A DNA stretch of 50,901 nucleotides from Jimgerdemannia flammicorona. Its lineage: Eukaryota. Numbering within the stretch: position 1 is the stretch's first letter; each line of letters starts with the position of its first letter. The stretch spans positions 1-50,901 of the forward strand of contig RBNJ01000025.1 in assembly GCA_003990765.1 (NCBI GenBank), given 5' to 3'. Positions 1 to 12,871 of the stretch are shown here, in pieces. The notes beneath the pieces are model-generated. The model was given only the letters and a program-made list of their open reading frames with translations. It made no database searches and was not told the DNA's origin. The position numbers and the translations under genes are program-made.

Positions 1-249
1 AATCAATCAAAGAATCATGTAACAGAGTCAGTTTTTTAATTTTGATTTTTTTTAATTTGATCTATATTTTTAAAGTTTACCAAAATTTATTGAGGTTTAT
101 TGAGGTTTATAGATTGGTCGGACTGTACGAGACCATCCTCCAAGTCATCAGATCCTCCATGAGCGGCTCTTTCCTCGCGAACCCTGTAATTGTTCTCTCT
201 TACCTCTTAGCAATGGGTCCAATATACACCATCGGCACTAGCAACACAT

Positions 250-392
250 CCAAGACGTGCTAACACCTCGAAAATACAAAACACTTGATCGATCTCGGGC
301 TGGCCAGCGGGAAATAGGTTGATGAGCTCTATGAAGATTGTTCCGATGTCCCCTATGTCGATGGGGAGGAGTAGGAGTGTTTTGCACCTCAT
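250..392 (-). pseudogene. Degraded CMGC (MAK/Ime2-like) protein kinase fragment, subdomains IX-X
   Basis: Translation PIDIGDIGTIFIELINLFPAGQPEIDQVFCIFEVL resembles the CMGC consensus PIDIWAxGxIxAELxxxxPLFPGxSEIDQxFxIxxVLG. This is the inverted copy of 25119-25285. Confidence 0.65.
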
Positions 393-2029
393 GAATTTGT
401 GTAGGATAGTTCGGAGTTGTGAAAACTGATAATTTTATTGCGTTGGATATTCTCGCCGAACGAACAAAAACTCCACTGGCTCACTAAACCCTCCAGAAAG
501 TATATACGCCAGGTGTCCTATTGTCGTTTGTTGTAGCCGTTGGTGACGACACCCAGTCCGGAAAAAGCAACGAGCTGTACGATACACACGAGTTCCCCAA
601 AAGAATCACATTCTTTCGATTTGAAATTACTTCTACTATGAATGAGCTCACAGATCATGAACGCAGTAATGTCTCGGGCGCCAATTTGTAAGGCGCTCAA
701 CGCCAGGTTTCGGCTAGGCGTAGGGCGGAATTCTATGTCTCGTTTCACGTAATGCGAGCATAGCCGCGCACTCCCTCCATTATATTGTCTTGCCGCTCGC
801 ACTCTACACCCACGATTGGCATCTACTCATCGTGCACTCCTGTACTCTCGTAACTGATTTCATTACCTCCCTCCCTCCCTACTATCATACTACAACCAAT
901 CAGGCCGGGTTTCCACCATGTGTTTTTCACTAAATATACTTCTTTGAATTTGGAATTCTCTGGCATGCTTCGAAGTTTCGTGTTCGGGGTCCTAATGTAA
1001 TTTACATTAAGGCAAACATTGACACCGTTATCCGTGATTATACCACCTTCTAATGGTAGGAGCCGACGTTGATTTACATATGCTGCAAAGTGTCCTTTAC
1101 ATAAAATGCGATGACGTGAACCGTAAAATGTAAACAAATGTACGTAAAATAAATGCAAACGTGAATAAACCCTTTTCATAAAATGCGAAGACGCGAACCG
1201 TAAAATGTAAATAAATGTACGTATATAATGCAAATTTGAATGAAGTAGATGGTTTTGGCTATACGGAAGCATACGCTTCGAAGGCCCGCCATTCGCGTTA
1301 AAGCGAAGGGGTCGTTTATTGTATATAACCCTAAGGAATGGGTGGGAGGGATGCGCAAGCAGATTGAAATGCGAAATTTCTAACGACTAATTACTAAGTT
1401 ACTGGCGTAGTATACGCTTAATTGCTGAGATGCGATCGCTGGATGAACTAACGACATTGCGTGCTAAAACCACTGAAACTGGCGTCTATCTGAAATCGGC
1501 GCTAACTATATTATATCAACGTTTCAAGTTAAACGGTTAGTTCAACCCTTGTCGCCGATCGGAAACAGTTCCAAGAGAACATTTCCTTTATGTTTCCCAC
1601 AATGGAATACCTAGGTGTTGAATAGCAATTTAAACTCAGTCCAATTTCGAAAAAAAAAAGAATAGACGGCAGAGGAAACGCAATATTGTGGGTTTCATGC
1701 GGAAATAATGTATTTATTCTGTGGGGTATTGTGCCATCATGCCATGTCGGCTTGCCGAAATTCGATAAACAACAGCGCCACTGGCTTAGTAAATCGTAGG
1801 ATAAGAGCATGGAGATTGAGAGACGTGAGACAAGAGGATATAGATTCAACAACCATTTCACATCATTCAATTTGCACGGCCACCACGTAAATTTCTTCTG
1901 ATTGCGATAAGCTTGAAAAGGTGATATTAAATAGCAACTTAAAAAAAAAAAATTATTGGAAGAAATACATCATTTCGCTAGTGTAATATGCTTATTCCCT
2001 TTAACAAAATATCGATTTTTCTTCTACGT

Positions 2030-3310
2030 CCCAATTCAACTGCTGGTACTTCCTATACTGGCCCTCAAGTTCGTTAATGGCTTGATTGACTAGTTGGACA
2101 TGGCTACGCCAAAAGAGGAGTCTTGACTGTCTGGCGAAGGGTGTCCACTTGCTCTCGGAACTTGCGGAGGGCATTGGACATGAGTATCAACTCGTTCATG
2201 TGTGCCACGCGTGCTCCCTCAAACTTCTGGAGGATGTTCAGGTTGTTAGCGAGCAGAGTGTGTTGCACGTGGTCTGTGCCCCAGTCAGCCCAGACTTTTG
2301 CGAGAGACGCCTTTTTCTCGCACTGTACGTTCTTCTCTTTGACAACGATATCGTAGGCTCCGGCGAGGTAGGATTCCATGGTCACGAAGCTGCGTTCAGG
2401 GTGAGGAAGGCAATGCAACCAAAAAGAGTCCAAAAATGAATAACAGACAAGATGTCATAGCAACTAAAAGCTATAGCGACATAATCAAACTTAGGAAGTG
2501 TGGAGGAACCTACTTTTTGAGAACAGTCCCCACCAGGAGGTCGAGGATTTCCATGCCATCGTTCGCGTCAGTCATCGCTTCCTCGAAGATGGACATCAGG
2601 TTCGCCAGGAGCTTTCCATCGGTATCCTTCTCCAGTTGAGTTAGAGCCCGCTGGATCATCCGGCTGCGGTCGATGAAGAGGCGAAAAGTGACGGCTGTCT
2701 TGGCCTCCAGCGTTTCCATGTTGTATGCCGCTTGAGTCGTGAATATGGGAATATTTGGGATTTTGACGAGCGGTGGTGGCGTGCAGTCACGGATAACGAC
2801 TTGCAGTGCAGGAAATTGACATAAAATGTTGGTGGATTTGGGGAACATGATTGCCAAGGAGCACCCGAGCATCAGCACCAAACTCCTTGACACGATAGGT
2901 TGCCTGAAGAACGTCATTTCTACAAAACATGGAGTAGACAAAGTTGGTTGGGGATAGGCATAGCATAATTTAATATTATCACTTGATTCCAATTGCCAAA
3001 CAACGTACCACACAAGACCAGAACTTCTCTAAGAAAATAAGACCACCGTGACTTTAGTTTCTCGGCGTGGGTAGGCGGAGGCGGTATGTGACTGGCGTTG
3101 GGGGTATATGAGTGGCATTGGCAGACGTCGGCAGTATGCCAGTGGCGACAGGTCTGTAGACGGTGGCAGTATGGGAGTCGGCTATAAGACATTACATGTG
3201 AAGGTGAGTCTCAGCAGGATCAATCCTTGTTTGGGTCCAATTCTAACCAACATACTACGAGTCCTTCGGGATTGTTGGGTTACTGTACTCGGATCCTTCG
3301 CCTCTGCCAT
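2030..3310 (-). pseudogene. Gene X copy (uncharacterised TM + helical/coiled-coil fungal protein), disrupted
   Basis: Near-identical to the intact copy at 21769-23388. It has an internal deletion (IPIF joined directly to TTQAAY), a deletion near 2105 that gives a premature stop (KTPLLA*), and a shortened, phase-shifted exon 2. Confidence 0.85.
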
Positions 3311-3402
3311 GTTACTAAGGGTCACCATCATTGACACTATTATCCTTGGCAATAAAACTTCGTTATTTTATGGTAGATCCTTTCGACAAGTCATGTGAAA
3401 AT

Positions 3403-3500
3403 TGTAGGAGCCAGGGTTCATGTAAGCATTGTAGGAGCCGAGGCTCATGTGAACATGTAGGAGCCGGAACATTGTAGGAGCCGGGGCTCATGGGAACATT
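3403..3500. repeat. Short degenerate tandem repeat (tgtaggagcc...ggctcatgt) in the bidirectional intergenic region between gene X and gene Y
   Basis: tgtaggagcc occurs four times in about 90 bp; mirrored at about 21580-21690. Confidence 0.7.
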
Positions 3501-3782
3501 GGCAAATCGGTCATCGACACATTTGGATAAGTTTGTCATTTACTGCGCCACTTGAACAAAGGTTATGAACACTGCTTCCGTCCACGCAATTGGTGCTCTG
3601 CGCTTTGCTTTGGCAATAGCATCACACAAGTGAGTGGTCCACTGTCCAGATGACATATTTCTTTCATCACGCAAAAAATGTAATATCCTGGCTTCCGATG
3701 CCACGAACTTGAAACGCTAACTGATACTTCCCCATGCGCTTTCTGCGACATCTCTGCAGTTTCGTCGAACACCCTGAGAAAG

Positions 3783-4432
3783 ATGGCAACACATCTGATT
3801 GCGATCATAATTCTGTTTTTCATGCTGTCAAAGTTGGTTGACTCTCTGTACGGTTCGACCAAGGGGGTATGCCCGGGAATTTGCCCAGGCGAAGAGGAAG
3901 CCTTCGTCGATGTCAGTAACGACAACAATCTACGGTCCGTTCCCTGGGGCAGCCACGGACCTGAATGGCTGGTGGCTGTTTCCGGTTTGAACCTGGAAGG
4001 TATTTCAATGCTCCGATAGCATTTTCTCAAATGAAAGTTTCGGTGAAAGGGGTTCAAACCACTAATAATCACCGCAAACACCACATATTCTCAGGCAAAT
4101 GCACCAACAAATCTTGCAAAGCCTACTTGCAAGACGTTATCGTTCAATGGGGGTTCAAAAACTTCACGTTGGATGACAGGCAATATACCACATGTCCCCT
4201 ATGTAAGCATCATGTCCGTGTCTTTAAGTGTGCCTTTGCTAGGTGGAACTACCGTGCGGTTGGGAACATGGACAATGATTTTGAAATACCAACATTCGTA
4301 GAAGGAAAGTGGCGGTGGGCAGACGACCGTTACCACGTATTTGAACATGTAGTTGGTAATGATAATACGGAGAGCGTCGTGGGCAAGTGGGACTTTCTCA
4401 CCATTGTCGTCAGCGAAAAAGATCCACGCTAG
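3783..4432 (+). CDS. Gene Y copy 1: 184-aa Cys-rich protein with hydrophobic N-terminus, join(3783..3999,4095..4432)
   Basis: A GT-AG intron at 4000-4094 joins two ORFs in frame: MATHLIAIIILFFML...GLNLEG|KCTNKSCKAY...CPLCKHHV...CAFA...WDFLTIVVSEKDPR*. A paralog with the same intron lies at 20670-21318. Confidence 0.8.
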
Positions 4433-4858
4433 TTATTTAATTTCACAGTTTGTTTGTCAATAAGTTTCATAAATGTACTTATATTTGTGGCGCGCCTACA
4501 TAAATTGAAGGTTGCCAGCACATCAAAAAAATAAAAATGTAACTGTGGCGTACTACGAATGGCATTGAACACATGTTCGTATCCATGGAGCTACATATTC
4601 GTTTATTCTAATTATACACATAATCTTTTCGCCAAAGTTACAACTTCCCAAACGATGTAACAGATGTCCAATTAGCCAGCCAGTTGACGCTGTCGCATGT
4701 CCAGAGGGGAGCGAATAGACAATGTGCGTTTCCGAGTAGTAGATGACATAATGTTTGGAAATGGAGAGCCCAAAAAGGTAGTAGAGTTGGCCATGGCAGA
4801 GTACTTTTGGTTATCTCATTCTTTTCATACCTTAGAGCGCACTTCATATGGCAAATAT

Positions 4859-5010
4859 TGTTGGGATTTTTACTAGTGGAGTTACTGGAGAGAAGCGCGT
4901 TGTTTATTGATGTTCAACTTACGCGTGACGTAAAAATGATGACATCACCGTTTATGACGTTTACATCTAAATACAAGCCACAAATTGCTCGTTGCTCGAG
5001 TTGCAAATAT
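4859..5010 (+). mobile_element. Short solo-LTR-like element copy (3' end degraded)
   Basis: Begins tgttgggatttttactag and contains catctaaatacaagccacaaa...ctcgagttgca, as in the complete copy at 45181-45319. Confidence 0.65.
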
Positions 5011-5284
5011 GAATATGTACACTCTCGCCTAGCTCATTTACCTTCTGCAATGAATTTATGACGTGATACATATCAACACACAAAATAAAACGAAGTTACA
5101 AAGTCCCAAATGATGCAACAGATTATCCGATCAGCCAACCTGTTGACGCCGTCGCATGTCCAGAGGGCGGTTCCCCCGGGAGCCACGCTGGTTCTATGTC
5201 ATATAAATAGTTTTGTCGGTTTGAGCACGAAAGTGTGCGGATTCGAGATCCAAATTGGCAGGTTCCTGAAATTTAGCAGATTAC

Positions 5285-5420
5285 AATATGCAACTCAAGT
5301 AACGAGAATTTGTGGCTTATATGTATACGCCATTCATCATTCTTTACGTCATCAATTTGCAACGCATAAGAACGCATCTATAAACCTTCCTCTTCCCGAT
5401 TATACTGAAAAGTCCCAACA
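5285..5420 (-). mobile_element. Short solo-LTR-like element copy, reverse orientation
   Basis: aatatgcaactcaagtaacgag...tttgtggctt...tctttacgtcatc...gtcccaaca is the reverse complement of the 8902-9049 / 45181-45319 family. Confidence 0.65.
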
Positions 5421-5429
5421 CCATTCCTC

Positions 5430-6791
5430 TCGAGTATACCAAACACAGAGGACTCTGTACCCTGTAGTCGGTGCATCAATGCATAGGTGAATAGACTGCG
5501 GCTGGAGGAGCTACTTCCGGCTGAGTCTTATCAAACATAGAGAATAACGGTAGCCTTGTGAGGTCACAGAGATGATGTGAAAGTAATAGTGATTGGATGG
5601 GAAGCATTTGTGCTGCCGATTACTAATGGTGGTTTGGGGTTGGTGGACTTTTGGCAAAGGTTGAAGGTACTTAGGGGCTGGTGGGGTCACTGACTAGTGG
5701 AGTTAGAAGAAAGCTGGGGCAGATTAGTGATGGACAATTGGGAGATCAGATTCTGCCCCTGGAGTGTGGAGAGGAAGGATTTGTGAGGGCTACTTCAGGT
5801 TGGATCCATGGGGAAGATGAGGTTTAAAGGATTCTGGTGGGGCATCATTGAGGCCTGGCTTATGATGGGCCTAACAGGGCTAGAGGTGGAGGCAATAGAG
5901 GAGGGGGCAGACCCTGAGCAGTGGTGGTGGCAACTTGGACTACTAAGGGTAGGAGGGAAGGAGCTGAAGGACTATTCTCTGATTGAGGTGATGGAATGGG
6001 CCATATTGGGCCCTCTTGAGCAGTGGCCAGTAGGATGGCAGATGGCTGATATTGGCAAGATATGGGAATGGGGTAGAATTTGAAGATAGGCAGCCGCTTT
6101 GAATAAGGTGGTGCTTCCTCAATATTGGGTAGTTTGGTGGAGATTCCTGAGAAGGAATGTCTTGTTGAACTATTGAATAGGATGGATGGTGGTTGATGGA
6201 TACAGAGATTGTGAATGGTGTGCTGAGATCTCCAGAGAAGTGGTTTAGACCCCAGAGCATATCATAGAGATCTACCCAGGGGTGGAGAGTTATTGGCAGA
6301 TGCTAGAGAAATATTGGGGTTCTGATTGAAGGAGGCCAGGAGAGTTGGTCAGTATTGTCATCCAGAGGAGACTGGTGGGAGATGTTGGGGACATTTGGGA
6401 AAGTATTGAGTGGATTTTGGGAGTATGGGTCTTAATGGTAGCATACTGGTAATGGGTCTTTGAAGGTGAATGTTAGATGGAAATTGGGGATCTGGTAGAG
6501 CAATAACATTGGCTAGTATGAGAAGTAGTACAGGGTTGATGGTACCAGGGGAGGTGGCAGGAGTTGGGGGCAGTAAAGAAGGTACAAGACATTGTATTGG
6601 GGAGTCAGAGTCATTTGATACTAGGTAAGAGTGGGGTGCAGTGGAAAATTGGAGTGGGTTGATAGGACCTATTAGGTTTATTTTACTTAATAGTATGGGA
6701 TAGGCAGTTGGTGGGATAACTTTGTGGTTTAATTCATATAGACTAGTGGAATAAAGGAGTCCAAGCGATTATAAAAAAAAAAAAAAAAAAA
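5430..6791 (+). mobile_element. 5'-truncated, decayed non-LTR retrotransposon (L1/Tx1-like) 3' end with poly(A) tail
   Basis: IGWEAFVLPITNGGLGLVDF at about 5590-5650 matches the W..l.lPk..GGLG motif found downstream of L1/Tx1 RT. The region has Trp-rich interrupted frames, strong CpG depletion, AATAAA at 6750 and poly(A) at 6773-6791. The 5' boundary is approximate. Confidence 0.7.
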
Positions 6792-7329
6792 GAAAGTAAT
6801 AATGGGTAACCCAACTGACTTTAGCCTATGGTTTGGCAAATGGACCTAAAACCCCTCCATTATTTTGTTGGATTTAATGGTGCGAGAAGGCTGGTAGTAA
6901 ACCTGTTGGTGCACAACCCACATGGCTACGTCACGTAGCATAATAAAATTATGACGCTAAGCCACTTCGATACACAATTATGTAAATCAGGATACTCAAG
7001 TAAAACAAAGTATTTTTATCTTCCAGTGCCATTGGAATCTAGATGGTATTTTTTTCAATTGTCTACGGAGTAATAGTGAAAACTCGGCTTCGTCGCAGAT
7101 TAGAATATCTATTACTATCTCTGTTTGTTGCTTTTCTACCTTAAAGTAGTTACGCTCTACGATGTGACTATCCGAATGTTTTAAAATACATCCGGGCAAA
7201 ATCTATTTCCGTAATTGATGACGTAAACACAAGCCACAAATAACTGGATAACGAGTTGTAAATTCAACAATAGCAATCAACAAAGTATGAATTGATCAGA
7301 AGTGGTCAGTCTCTCCAGCTCGGCCTTGT

Positions 7330-8245
7330 GCGATTCCCGCTGATGGAGTAGATGTCCAATTCCGTTGCTTGAAGGTGAACATGGAGTGAATGAGAAAACA
7401 CGTGCGGGTGTTTAGCTAATACCCATCACACAGCTCTGCTTCAGAGACGCGGCCGTGCTTGTACTCCCTCGTCGCCAATTCTGATTCCGTTGAAGATGAA
7501 CAGAGATGGATGAGCAAACATTCGAAGATCGTGAGCTGGAACTCATCACGCAGCTGCAACAACAGCTCTAATATACTCTAGAGATCCAGCGTGGTCAGGG
7601 CCGTGTTCTGCTTCAGAGAATAGGCCAGAGTACGTACTGATTTTATGCCTGAAGATGAACAAGGGAAGGGAAATAAGCACATTAAGATCGCAAGCGGGAA
7701 TCAATGGTACGGCTTCAAGCAAAAGTCCAAACAGTTTCGACGTACTATTGAGATTTAGCGTGGCCAGCGTCGTGTTCAGCTTCAGAGACTCTTCCAATGT
7801 GCGTGGCCGATGGGGTTTACTTTAAAATGAACAAGGGATTAGTGAACACACCTCAGATTATGAACGTGGTTCTATCACAATGCTTCACACAGTTCCGACA
7901 TACTTTCAAGATTCAGCTCGGTCAAGGCCATGTTCTGCTTCAGAGACCCAGCTAGGACGACCGGCCCCAGTAGCCAATGACATTCCCTTAAAATTAACCG
8001 GAGACGAGCGAACATGTATGTATTACGAGCGTGATTTGATCACGCGGCCGCACACAATGCTTCAGAAAAGTATTGCCATTCAGAAGAGATTCTGTTTCGT
8101 CAAGGTTATCTTCGCTTCAGGGACTGGGTTAGAAATGTGTGCTTCATAGTGACATACCCGAAATTCAGCTCGGCCAAGGTCGTGTTCGGGTTCAGAAACC
8201 CGGCTTGGGTGGGTGCCCCTTCGAGACTAATGTCAACATCTTAAT
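7330..8245 (-). pseudogene. Orphan, degenerate array of about 6 RI-type LRR exons with cognate introns
   Basis: Repeated gtgttctgcttcagaga core and introns like those in 29400-31600. The exon at 7746 reads LEESLKLNTTLATLNLN; exon 7577-7648 has a TAG; exons 7904-7986 (83 nt) and 8158-8239 (82 nt) are off-frame. Confidence 0.85.
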
Positions 8246-8261
8246 AAAATTCAATGGGAGG

Positions 8262-8580
8262 AGTCCTTGAACACATTGCATGCCATGCGCGTACGGTGCT
8301 CACATGCCCCGTTGCTACAGCACTAATTGGCGTGGTTGAAAGCCGTGTTGGAGCTTACCATGCATGAGACACTGGAACTACAGGGCTCATAACCGCAGCC
8401 GTAGCCGCGTATGAAAGGGAAGGGCCGAAACTGGTGGTAGCCGAAACCATAGGTGTCGCACCGCTTTTGCTTAGTGAGGCCATGCATATTGGGACGGTCG
8501 TATCCGAACCGCATAGAAGCCAGCGCAGGGAAGACCGTGGGCACCGATGCCATTGGGAGGGGAGGCACCACGCACCGGGC
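8262..8580 (-). pseudogene. Fragment of Cys/Gly-rich protein gene, inverted copy of 19475-19790
   Basis: ORF 8323-8571 (VFPALASMRFGYDR...YGFGYHQFRP...GYGCGY) is clearly paralogous to ORF 19421-19726. Confidence 0.6.
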
Positions 8581-8901
8581 AGGTTTTCTTTATCTTAAAC
8601 TCTGACATAGCGAGGTCCGTTGATCGGTATCAAAGAAGGCTGAGCAATTGTGTTGTTAGTACATTTGTTGATATTGAGTATGGCAATGAAATTGTTATTG
8701 TGTTCTTCGAATGATAAAGGCTCGAATCACGGAAGGTTCAAAAGGGAAGGTTCAAAACGGATTTGTCGCTCCAGGCATGACATATTGACATGCAAATATC
8801 TGATGTGTTTGTATTTGGCAGTAGTCGTTCATTTTGTTTTCTTGCGATTTTAGTATGTTCTCAGACGGCGTTTTGGCGGGGTATGGGTTAGACATGGATG
8901 G

Positions 8902-9049
8902 TGTTGGAATTTACAGTATAATCCGGGAGAAACGACGTGGGGAGGAGTAGTGTTTATTGATACCCAAGTTATGCGTTGCAGATCGATGACGTAAAGAATG
9001 ATGACGTCACCATTGATACATCTCGTTACTCGAGTTGCATATTTCAACA
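8902..9049 (+). mobile_element. 148-bp solo-LTR-like element
   Basis: TGTTG...CAACA termini; flanks gatgg / gatga (4 of 5 match, a likely TSD); 3' end gttactcgagttgcatatttcaaca is identical to that of 45181-45319. Confidence 0.75.
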
Positions 9050-10334
9050 GATGAGATGTGCTGAGACGCCAGGATCCCGTTGAAATCAACCTGGCTTGTG
9101 ACAAAGGAGGTGTATTTTTCCCGGATGTGTTTGATTCATCGGAACCCCTGGTCATAAACGCGGAGGCAACGGAGGGAAGTCGTTGAGACAGTCAATGATG
9201 CGGGAAACAGGAATTTTCGGCAGCTTGGTAGAGGCTGGTTGCTATTTGTTCCTGTGGTGTATAACATATGGAAATGGTGGATGAATGTTGAGAGCGAGCG
9301 AAGTAAAATTCTGTACAAAAGAATCAGATAATTCCTTCGGAACATATCGTAGAGCAATAACTACTTTAGGATGGAAAAGCAATAGTAATTGATATTCTAA
9401 TCTGCGACGAAGCCGATTTTCCACCATTACTCCGTAGGCTATTGGAAAACATACCAATGAATGGCACTGGAAGGTTAAATCCTACGACTTATCAAATGAT
9501 ATAGGCGAGAAAGTAGTAGCCAATTTGGTGTTGACATGGTGACGATGTAATTACATATGCAAGTTGTGAATCATATCTACTCTATGAAGTGTGCTCTAAA
9601 GTACAAAAAGACTACTAAAGCCGTCCGAGAAAACCAAATCTCGAATATGGTTTATTCCGATGTCACACCAAAGCTGTGCCATGGAGTAGGTTTAAGAACA
9701 AAGTCACCATCTCAGATTCTACTTGCGTTGACCAATATTGGGTTGTGAGCCAACCTTTTCGGTCAAATCTTGAATTCATGAAGCGTGCCATCTCGCATCA
9801 TAATTAAATTCCAACCAAATAATGGAGTTTTAGGTCCGTATGTCAAATCACAGGCCAAAAGACAGTCGAGCTATCTTCACCCCTCGCAAGGCTGGGCGTT
9901 ATTCCCTATGTTTGGTAAGACTCAAGCGGGAAGTAGCAATTAGATCTACCAATTCACGGATTACAGGTTGCAGGGGCCCTCTGTGTTTGGTGTGCCCCAA
10001 CACTCAAACCGTAACAGAACTATCTGTACGGGACAGAACCAACACCTAAAAGAGAAGCCTCTGTACGAGAAAAACCAGTCACGGTCGCATATCAAATGGT
10101 GTGTACACCGTTTCCGTACAGACGATTCAGACTTCGAAGCAACTTTATAAATAAGAATAAAGAAGAATAATTTTGTGCAAATAATTCTAAAACCATAATC
10201 AGTACCTGCACAACCGCGATTATCTGCAGAATCTTTAAGTACCAAACATAAAAAATAGCCAAACGACATGTGGGTCACCTCTTGCGCCACAAAATTGGCA
10301 AAGACCCACTCATATTCTCGTCCCCAAAAAAACT

Positions 10335-12871
10335 ATGGTCGAGACAGCCAACGTCCTCACCGCACAGATCAAGGAGCAGGACGATAAGATTCACGCTCTT
10401 AAGACACAAAAGGCCGATAAGCACATCACCGACGCCGAGGTTCTCGTCCACAACGACCTCAAGCAACAGCTCGTGACGCTCAAGGCCAGTCAGCTGCCCA
10501 CAGGAGACAACGCCGAGAAGAAGAAGAAGAAGGAGTGGAATGGGTTGTTTGTGCTTAAAGCACCAAAGGTACACATCAGGAGGGGAGGGTTTGGTTACGA
10601 GGGCCGAGAACGGTTTTGAAATGTAGAAAACGTAATGAAACGCAGAGTTTTCTTTTATCCTCAATGCGTAGAATCAAATTGTTCTGAAGACGCTGTGCGC
10701 TTTTTTCTGTGATTCTTGCAGGAGACAAAAGACTACAATAATATGGAAATGGCCATCCGCGAAAAGGTTTTCTCAACCATCACCTCCGTCTTCAAGCGTC
10801 ACGGCGCCGTCACGATCGACACGCCCGTCTTTGAGCTCAAAGTAAGAACAGGCATGGGGTGGGTCCGTAGATTTTGGCGCATCATGAGAGCTTCAGGATG
10901 CATGGATAATACCATGATTTGCTAATCTTTTCTCCTTTTCTACATTGATCTGCCTAATATTGTTGCGGTGTAGGAAATTCTCTTGGGTAATTACGATGAG
11001 GACAGAAAACTCATCTACAATCTCAAGGATCAGGGCGGCGAGGAGTGTTCCCTGCGCTGCGATCTGTCGGTGAGTATGATCTGATCTCTCTTTAGTGATC
11101 CTCTCAATCTCAATCTCTCACACCACGTAACAACCAACTGCGCCGACTTTACTCCTGCACCTCCTCGTTCATCAGGTACCCTTCGTCCACTTTCTCGCCA
11201 TGAATGGCAAGAAATACCAGAACTTCAAGCGCTACCACATTACCAAAGTGTACCGCCGCGACCTTCCGGCGATGTCAAAGCACAAGGTGACAGAGTTCTA
11301 TCAATGCGTGAGCGATCCCTTTTTTTTTTTTTTTTTTTTTTTTTTGGTTCGTTTATTAGGGCGGAAGGTTCTTGGTAGATTTGTATACTGATTGATATTC
11401 GTCGGACAGGATTTCGACATCGCCGGGACTTATGATCCCATGGAGCCTGACGCCGAGATCTTCAGGATCTTATGTGAGGCGCTAATGGCGCTGGACGTTG
11501 GAAAGTACACCGTCAAGGTATGTAGCCAATTGTGTTAGATTCTAATCAAATTTTCTATAAGTAATATTGTGTCCTTGCTCACCCATATATCTATATCTGA
11601 AAGTGCAGATCAACCACCAAGATCCTTGATGGCATCTTGGAGGTTTGCGGAGTTCCCGTCGACAAGATCAGGCCCATATCCTCTGCTATTTGCAAGCTCG
11701 ACAAAGTACATTACCGATTGCCCTCTCCATCGTTTCCTTCCTACCTTCCGCACAAGGGTCCCAATCCGCGCCCCCCCCCTCCCCAACCTTCCACAATCAC
11801 ACAGCTGTCCTGGGAGGACGTCCGTAAGGAGCTGACGGAGAAGGGCCTCTCAACCGAGTCTGCCGATGCCATCGGCGAGTATATTAAACTCAAAGGCGGC
11901 TGCGACCTGCTCGACCAGCTCATGGCGGACCACAAGCCCGTGGTTAACTCCAGCGCCAAAAAAGGACTCGACGATATGGCACTGCTATTCAGATACCTGG
12001 AGGTACAGGGAGTGGTGAATAAGGTACATGCTCGGCGGTGGGAGAGATTTTAAGCTGTTTGTGGAATTCTGATGGTAGATGAATCACAATTGGGCTTGTT
12101 ACGAATTAGCGTATGGTTATATATAGATATATGTCGTGTCAAACTAGATGTCATTCGATCTGAGCTTAGCGAGAGGATTGGACCACTACACTGGCATTAT
12201 TTACGAGGCCGTGACGGAAAAATCTGCGCTGCCAAGTTAGTATCTCTCCACCACCTTCTCCCCTCTTCCGTCGCCATTGTTTAACTGTACTCCAAGAATC
12301 GTTCACCCTCGATCACATTCCAACCATTTTCTTTCCCATTCTTCAACCCACTTCCCTCAGATCGCGCCCAAAGCAAACACCCTACCTCCAAGAAAGACAC
12401 GGACGAGCTAGATGAGTTGACGGTAGGGGTTGGGTCGATTGCGGCAGGGGGGCGATATGACGAACTGGTGGGCATGTTCACGGGAAAGAACAAAAACCGC
12501 GAGGTCAATTTGCGTATTCCCTGCGTTAGTGTCTCCATCAGTGTCGAGCACGTCTTCTCTATCATGCTTGCAAAATACCGCACGGAGGAGATTAAGACCA
12601 GCGAAGTTCAGGCTTTCGTCGTGGCTGCTAGTGGTGGATTACTCGAGGAGAGGATGGCGGTCGCGAAAGAGCTGCGGGATAATGAGGTTAAGGTTAGTAT
12701 AACGGTGGGAGGTGGTGGGATTTGTGATGTTATTTAGCTGAATTCTTGTTCAACTTCTTGAACCCTTACATTATAACCCTTGCATCTTTCTGCCCAACAA
12801 TCCTCCCGCACCAGGCATAATATATGTTTAAGGGGAAGCCGAACCCGCAGAACCAGCTCGACGCTTGCGAC
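10335..12871 (+). pseudogene. HTS1: Histidyl-tRNA synthetase-derived pseudogene (copy 1), C-terminally truncated and fused to gene X
   Basis: Spliced exons give a WHEP-like N-terminus plus TKDY...[66 protein letters not shown] and VGSIAAGGRYDELVGMF. There is a 2-nt deletion near 11618 relative to copy 2 and a TAA in the last HisRS exon (~12818). Confidence 0.92.

Larger units (their letters stand above)
140..4775. repeat. Left arm of a large inverted segmental duplication (partner ~20280-25380)
   Basis: Reverse complement matches are readable along the whole arm: 140-300 vs 25220-25380, gene X 2030-3330 vs 21750-23390, gene Y 3783-4432 vs 20670-21318, and 4620-4772 vs 20280-20435. Boundaries are approximate. 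Confidence 0.93.

Noticed and set aside
1100-1225. Local duplication of ~45 bp (aaaatgcga.gacg.gaaccgtaaaatgtaaa)
   Set aside because: Real, but only a small slippage duplication within a dispersed repeat; no evidence of function.
8855-9250. Possible coding relic interrupted by the solo LTR
   Set aside because: The frames contain stops and no family could be recognised.
10335-12871. Functional histidyl-tRNA synthetase
   Set aside because: Frameshift, stop codon, altered motif 2 and a missing most of the anticodon-binding domain.
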